Shown here: positions 27,288 through 32,264 of the stretch, in pieces
How the letters are laid out: each line of letters starts with the position of its first letter
Numbering within the stretch: the stretch's first letter is position 1
From: Candidatus Hydrogenedentota bacterium
Lineage (GTDB): Bacteria > Hydrogenedentota > Hydrogenedentia > Hydrogenedentales > SLHB01
Reading direction: 5' to 3'
Length of the DNA stretch: 32,264 bases
NCBI GenBank assembly: GCA_029974275.1
Contig: JARKSN010000117.1
Span: 1-32,264 of the forward strand
Notes under the pieces: generated by a model
What the model was told of the DNA's origin: nothing
What the model saw: the letters and a program-made list of their open reading frames with translations, nothing else
Databases searched by the model: none
Position numbers and translations under genes: made by a program

Positions 27288-28649
27288 TTACAAACTCATC
27301 AAGAAATGAATGTATGTGTCAATCCCCTTGAACCACGTCGCGAGGTGTTGGCGTTCGTTGGGGCCGTGGATGCCGTCGCCGGGGAGGGAGAAGCCGAGCA
27401 TGACGGAGTCGACGCCGAGTTTTTGTTGCATCATGGCGACGATGGGGACGCTGCCGCCTTCGCGACGGAACAGCGGCTCTTTGCCGAAGACGGATTTGAG
27501 GGCTTCGACAGCGGCCTTCATCGTGGGCGACGTACGGTCCATCACCGAGCCGTAGCCGTGCGAATGCTCGCGCACTTCCCACGTGACGGTATTCGGAGCG
27601 TGCGTGCGGAGGTACTCGCACAGCATGTCGCGTATCTCGGACGGTTCCTGATCGGGCACGAGGCGCGTCGATATTTTTGCGGTGGCTTTTGCGGGCAGGA
27701 CTGTCTTGCTGCCTTCGCCGGTAAATCCGCCCCAGATGCCGTTGACTTCGAGCGTCGGGCGCGCGCCCACGCGTTCGGTGGCCGTGTAGCCTTCCTCGCC
27801 GCTCCACAGTTCTTTCACGCCTGTAAGTTGTTTCCACACTTCGTCGCCGCAGGGCAGGCGCGCGAGCATGTCGCGTTCCTCCTGATCGAGCGCGCGCACG
27901 CGATCGTAGAAACCCGGCAAGGTCACGCGTCCTTTTTCATCGTGCATGCCCGCGATGAGTTCGCAGAGCGCTTGCACGGGGTTGTGCACGACGCCGCCAA
28001 AGGTGCCGGAATGCAGGTCTTTCGCGGGACCATGCAGTTCCACCTCGAAATAGGCCAGCCCCCGCAGGGCATAGACGATGGCGGGCACATCCGGCGCCAG
28101 GATGCCCGCGTCGGCATTCAGCACAGCGTCGCAGCCGAGCGCGTCGCGGTGCGCATCGACGAAGGCTTCGAGATTCGGCGAGCCGATCTCCTCTTCGCCT
28201 TCGAGCAAAAACTTGAGATTGACGGGATACGGCCCTTGCGCCTTGATCGCGTCGAGCGCACGCAAAAACGCGACGATCTGGCCTTTCATGTCTGACACGC
28301 CGCGCGCGTAGAGGTAGCCGTCGCGCTCCGACGGCTCAAACGGACCCGACTCCCATTCATTCAGAGGATCAACGGGCTGGACGTCGTAGTGGCCGTAGAC
28401 GAGGAGCGTGGGTTTGCCCGGCGCGCCGAGCCATTCGGCCGTCACGATGGGATGCCCCAATGTGGGAACGATCCGCACGCGGGTCATCGCAAGGGAGTCC
28501 AAGCGATCCTTGAGCCACTGCGCCGCCTGAAGGACATCCTCCCGGTGGGCAGAAAGGGTGGAGACGCTGGGAATGGACGCAAAGGCTTTCAGTTCATCCA
28601 GATGCGCGTCGCGCTGGGCGCGGGCGCGTTCGAGAGCGGCGCGTAGCAT
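27288..28649 (-). CDS. M20 family dipeptidase/deacylase (ArgE/DapE-like)
   Basis: YGHYDVQP, ARGVSDMKG, EGEEE, GGSVP and IHGPNE; start moved to ATG 28649 after GAAAGGA. Confidence 0.92.
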   Translation of the reverse strand: MLRAALERARAQRDAHLDELKAFASIPSVSTLSAHREDVLQAAQWLKDRLDSLAMTRVRIVPTLGHPIVTAEWLGAPGKPTLLVYGHYDVQPVDPLNEWESGPFEPSERDGYLYARGVSDMKGQIVAFLRALDAIKAQGPYPVNLKFLLEGEEEIGSPNLEAFVDAHRDALGCDAVLNADAGILAPDVPAIVYALRGLAYFEVELHGPAKDLHSGTFGGVVHNPVQALCELIAGMHDEKGRVTLPGFYDRVRALDQEERDMLARLPCGDEVWKQLTGVKELWSGEEGYTATERVGARPTLEVNGIWGGFTGEGSKTVLPAKATAKISTRLVPDQEPSEIRDMLCEYLRTHAPNTVTWEVREHSHGYGSVMDRTSPTMKAAVEALKSVFGKEPLFRREGGSVPIVAMMQQKLGVDSVMLGFSLPGDGIHGPNERQHLATWFKGIDTYIHFLMSL

Positions 28650-28841
28650 AGTGATCCTTTCTGAAACGGCTTGCACGAAACGGGCGGCGCGAACGGCATG
28701 ACGTAGGGTAGCATATCGGCTCCTGTCGCGCCAAAACGATTTTTCCCGCACAACGGGCGCGAAAGGAGTTTGCGAGGGGCGGCGGTGAACGTTTGCGCCG
28801 CGCGGTTGCCTCGCAGGTTCGCTCCAAGGTAGCATGCACGC

Positions 28842-30332
28842 ATGAACCAGTATGTGAAACGCGTTTTCGATGCCTTTGAACGCGGCAGACGCTTCGTCAC
28901 GCGGGACATGTGGCAATTGGGCCGGCCCGGCGAGCGGCTGCCGCGCGGATTCGTGATCAAACACGCCCGCGTCGCGGTGTTGGTCGTGACGGGGTTCGTG
29001 AAAGACGATCTTCTCATGCGGGCGTCGGCGTTAACGCTCGCCTCGTTGTTGTCGCTCGTGCCTATTCTTGCGGTGATGTTCTGGGTTATCAACGCATTCA
29101 GCCTTGAAAACGACGTGTACGGCTATCTGTACTCGATCACCGAAAAGGCCTTTTCGGTGGTGACCCAGACGCCTTCGCCGGGATCGGACGCCGCGGCAGG
29201 GGGCGTGACGTCCGAGCCGGGACCCTTCGCCGGGGAGACGCCGCGTCGCGCCGCCGATTTTCCGCTGCGCGATGTGCTCGTCGGCTTGTTTTTTCGCAAG
29301 ATTCCTCCGCAAGCGGGAGGCGACGCCTACCTCGATCCCGTGGATTTTCTGGTCAATTACGCCGCCGATCAAGCCAAGCATTCGGGCACAATCGGCGTTT
29401 CAGGGCTTGCCTTGGTGCTGGTCGCCATATTCGGCTTGATGAGCAATATTGAGTTCGCGTTCAATCGGATCTGGGGGCTGAGCAACCGCCGATCGTGGTA
29501 CCGCATGATCAGCGATTACACGATGGTCACGTTGTTGCTGCCGGTGGTATGCACGGCCTTGCTCGGCGTGACCGCCGTGTTGTCGTCGCAGTCCATGCAC
29601 GCACAGCTCGGACGATTCGCCGCATTGATGACGATTCCCCAGATCGCCGTGATGGCGATTGCGCTGGCCTGTCTCTACGCCTTCATTCCGGCCGTCAAGG
29701 TCCGGTTGGTCAACGCGCTGACGGGCGGCTTGGGAGCCGCGATCCTGCTGCATCTGGTCACAAACGCGTACCTGCATTCGCAGGGGCTGCTTGCGCGGTA
29801 TAGCATCCTGTATTCGAGTTTTGCGCAAGCGCCGTTGTTGTTGCTGTGGATATTCGCGGCGTGGGTGGTCGTGTTGCTGGGCGCGGAACTGGCGTTCGCG
29901 TACCAGAATGAACAAACCTTCGCCATCGAACGCTTTGCGCGGCAAGCAAGCCATGCATACCGAGAAACCGTGGCGCTGCGGGCGATGATCGAGATTGGCC
30001 AGCGTTTTGCGGAGGGCAAGATGGGCGTGGAGCCTGCCGAAGCGGCGCAGGCCTGGAATGTGCCGCTGCGGTTGCTGAACGAGACGCTCGATCAACTGGA
30101 GGCGGCGAATCTGCTCCGGCGCTGCGCGACCGACCCCGTCACCTATCTGCCGGCCCGGCCCGTTGAAAATATTCGCGTTCTTGACATCAAGCGCGCCATC
30201 CGCGAAGCGGGCGAAGACCCCTCTCCCTTGCGCGAAGACCCGCAACTACGGGCTCTGGTCGACGGTCTTCCCGTGAGCCGCGACGCGGAAACGCTCGCCG
30301 CGGTGCTTGAGGCGTTGCGAGAGGAGACCTGA
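28842..30332 (+). CDS. YihY/BrkB family membrane protein with probable C-terminal winged-helix domain
   Basis: RASALT..SLLSLVP, IEFAFNRIW, YSILYSSFA..P..LLWIF and LLGAEL; tail YLPARP..I. Confidence 0.88.
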   Translation: MNQYVKRVFDAFERGRRFVTRDMWQLGRPGERLPRGFVIKHARVAVLVVTGFVKDDLLMRASALTLASLLSLVPILAVMFWVINAFSLENDVYGYLYSITEKAFSVVTQTPSPGSDAAAGGVTSEPGPFAGETPRRAADFPLRDVLVGLFFRKIPPQAGGDAYLDPVDFLVNYAADQAKHSGTIGVSGLALVLVAIFGLMSNIEFAFNRIWGLSNRRSWYRMISDYTMVTLLLPVVCTALLGVTAVLSSQSMHAQLGRFAALMTIPQIAVMAIALACLYAFIPAVKVRLVNALTGGLGAAILLHLVTNAYLHSQGLLARYSILYSSFAQAPLLLLWIFAAWVVVLLGAELAFAYQNEQTFAIERFARQASHAYRETVALRAMIEIGQRFAEGKMGVEPAEAAQAWNVPLRLLNETLDQLEAANLLRRCATDPVTYLPARPVENIRVLDIKRAIREAGEDPSPLREDPQLRALVDGLPVSRDAETLAAVLEALREET

Positions 30333-30359
30333 GACGGGCCGGGACCCCTGGCCGCGCGA

Positions 30360-31958
30360 CTACAATCCGAGCGCCCCGTTGATCGCCAGTTGAACGTCTA
30401 TCGCGTCCACATGTCCGCTGCCGTCCAGATCGCAATCATACGGAACGGCGTACCGCAAGGCGGCATTGATGACGAGTTGGACGTCCAGAATATCGATCTT
30501 GTGGTCGCCGTCGACGTCCGCCGTGCGCGCCGACAACGACACATCAAGACGCGTGGCGTTTCCCTCGCTCACTATCACGTTTTCCACGCGCCGCGGCATA
30601 TGGCCCGGCGCGCTGAACGTGAGCGCATACACGCCCGGCAGAAGCAGCCGGTGGTAATCGCCTACCGCGCGATCCGTGAATGCCGGCTGCGCATTGCCGT
30701 CGACATCCACCCGCGCCCACACCGGCGCGCCATCGCGATCGCTGCGCACGATCCCGCGCACGCCAAGATGCACCGCTTCGAGGTATTGAAGCATCGATTC
30801 CCGGTTGTCGTCCCACAACGCGGGCAAAGCCGAAGCCGACGGCCACTTCGTGTCCGACAGCTCGATGGTCATCTCGATACATCCCGCATAACGGTAATTC
30901 CAGTCCTGCATGCCCCCGTCGATGGAATACCACGCCGCGCCGTTCGTGATGCCGCGCGGGAAGTAAGCGCTGTGCCACATCGGCGCATTGTGCTGGGAAT
31001 ATCGTTCCGCGAGATAGACGCACAACGCCTCGTCCGGGGTTGGCGAAAACACGCTGCCCCGGCTGTCATCGTCATACGGATAATTCACGACCAACGCGCC
31101 GGCGTGAAAATTGGCCGACAGCGCGAAGGATCGCTGCGCGGTCCACCGCATCACGTGGGCCGTTTCGGGAGGACGGCCGGCATCGTGCAACGGGGCGCCC
31201 GAATACATCGTGCCCGAGAGCTCGGAGGGATAGTCCGGAAAGGAACGGTTCAGATCGAACCCCTGCGCATTGTAGCGCGTTCCCGCCTCGCGCCCGTCGG
31301 GATTCATCAACGGCACAACCCAAATCGCGGTCGAATCGACGAGGCCGGTCACGCGCGCATCGACGCCGTAGCCCTCGAGCAGCATCGTGATGAAATTCAG
31401 GCACAATTCCGTGCCCACGGGCTCGTCCCCATGCGGCGTGGAGACATACTTGAACTCCGGCTCGTCCTCCTCGACGTCCGGATTGTCCGTGATCAGAACC
31501 GCCCACAATTCCCTGCCCTGCACGGACTTTCCAAGAGAAGACACGCGACAGATGCCGGCGTGGGCGACGGCGAGATCTTGAAGCTCGGAAGTCAGCGCCG
31601 CGTATGTGCGGTATCCCTCCGCCTTCTGGCGCGCCGACGGCTGCACCTCGCGAATCCGAGGCGAGCGCCCGCTTGCCTGCAGCCATGCCAGTTGCGCCTC
31701 GGTGACGTACAACTCGGCCACGCCGGATCGGACCCCGGAGACATCCAGTCCCGCCTGCGTCAGCGCATCCACATCGGCGCGATCGATCACGATCACGTCG
31801 ACGACATACGTTTGCGCAATCGCCTGTGCCTCGCCCAGCAACGCCGCGCCCGCGAAGACAAGACACGCAAACGCCCTCTGCGCGATGCGCGCGAGCTGTC
31901 CTCGCAGGATGTCTCCCTTCTTGCGCTCATTCCGGCGCCGGGCGGCGAAGTGCATCAT
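30360..31958 (-). CDS. Secreted M14 (N/E-type) zinc carboxypeptidase with regulatory beta-sandwich and dockerin-like C-terminus
   Basis: EPEFKY, HGDE, NPDG, DLNRSF, SANFH, GITNGAAWY..DGGMQDWNY, TIELS and GDYHRLLLPG; two Ca-loop repeats at the end; ATG 31958 after GGAGGA. Confidence 0.9.
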   Translation of the reverse strand: MMHFAARRRNERKKGDILRGQLARIAQRAFACLVFAGAALLGEAQAIAQTYVVDVIVIDRADVDALTQAGLDVSGVRSGVAELYVTEAQLAWLQASGRSPRIREVQPSARQKAEGYRTYAALTSELQDLAVAHAGICRVSSLGKSVQGRELWAVLITDNPDVEEDEPEFKYVSTPHGDEPVGTELCLNFITMLLEGYGVDARVTGLVDSTAIWVVPLMNPDGREAGTRYNAQGFDLNRSFPDYPSELSGTMYSGAPLHDAGRPPETAHVMRWTAQRSFALSANFHAGALVVNYPYDDDSRGSVFSPTPDEALCVYLAERYSQHNAPMWHSAYFPRGITNGAAWYSIDGGMQDWNYRYAGCIEMTIELSDTKWPSASALPALWDDNRESMLQYLEAVHLGVRGIVRSDRDGAPVWARVDVDGNAQPAFTDRAVGDYHRLLLPGVYALTFSAPGHMPRRVENVIVSEGNATRLDVSLSARTADVDGDHKIDILDVQLVINAALRYAVPYDCDLDGSGHVDAIDVQLAINGALGL

Positions 31959-31972
31959 GCCGATCCTCCGGT

Positions 31973-32264
31973 TCAATACGTGTTTCCGGAATCGGGCTCC
32001 GGTTCCACGGACGAAATCGACGGGCTCTCGGGCGTCGGGGCGCCGCCGTCCTCCATCTCGCTCACGACGCCCTGCGTATCCGGAGGCAATTCGTACGCGG
32101 TGCGCGGTCTCGCGCCCCGGATGAAAGCCTCGCGGAACCCGCCGCCGGCGAGTCCCGTGCCGCGATCGATGGCGAAAAATTCGACGCCGGGCGGCGCCGT
32201 AAAATCGCGGACCGGCATGCCCTCGTGGGCCTTCACCATGAATTTCGCCCAGACCGGCGCGGCG
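31973..32264 (-). CDS. 3' end of a class A penicillin-binding protein (PBP1A-like), truncated by the window edge
   Basis: Frame is open to the edge: AAPVWAKFM...F..PPGV...IDRGTG...EAFI.G. Confidence 0.7.
   Translation of the reverse strand, partial: AAPVWAKFMVKAHEGMPVRDFTAPPGVEFFAIDRGTGLAGGGFREAFIRGARPRTAYELPPDTQGVVSEMEDGGAPTPESPSISSVEPEPDSGNTY

Overview
High-GC bacterial chromosomal segment made mostly of housekeeping genes: rpmB (in-frame TAG at the window edge), rsmA, a PAS histidine kinase, a Tat-exported TIM-barrel protein, two Gfo/Idh/MocA oxidoreductases, nikR, two Hsp20 genes, a Zn-ribbon/acidic protein, a class II aldolase, rfbG/rfbF, a PocR-AraC regulator, a YycJ-like MBL hydrolase, rpoN, an MNT-HEPN toxin-antitoxin pair, lpxB, polA, rho, a CUT2 sugar ABC transporter with fused ATPase-permease, an orphan antitoxin, an M20 peptidase, YihY, a dockerin-tailed M14 carboxypeptidase and the 3' end of a PBP1A gene. 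lpxB implies a diderm; the dockerin-like tail tentatively suggests Ca. Hydrogenedentes (unverified inference). No CRISPR array, rRNA, tRNA or transposase was seen. The most notable signals are non-coding. (1) Three palindromic repeat families recur: one sits beside both TA loci, one is a GTAG-REP, and one ends exactly 14 nt before the start codons of both rfbG and polA. (2) A sigma54 site overlaps the sigma70 promoter of rpoN, and a sigma54+IHF promoter precedes hsp20. (3) There is a 51-aa Cys-rich gene missed by the ORF track. (4) Synonymous composition shifts occur inside genes. All family calls come from motif recognition by eye; no searches were run.
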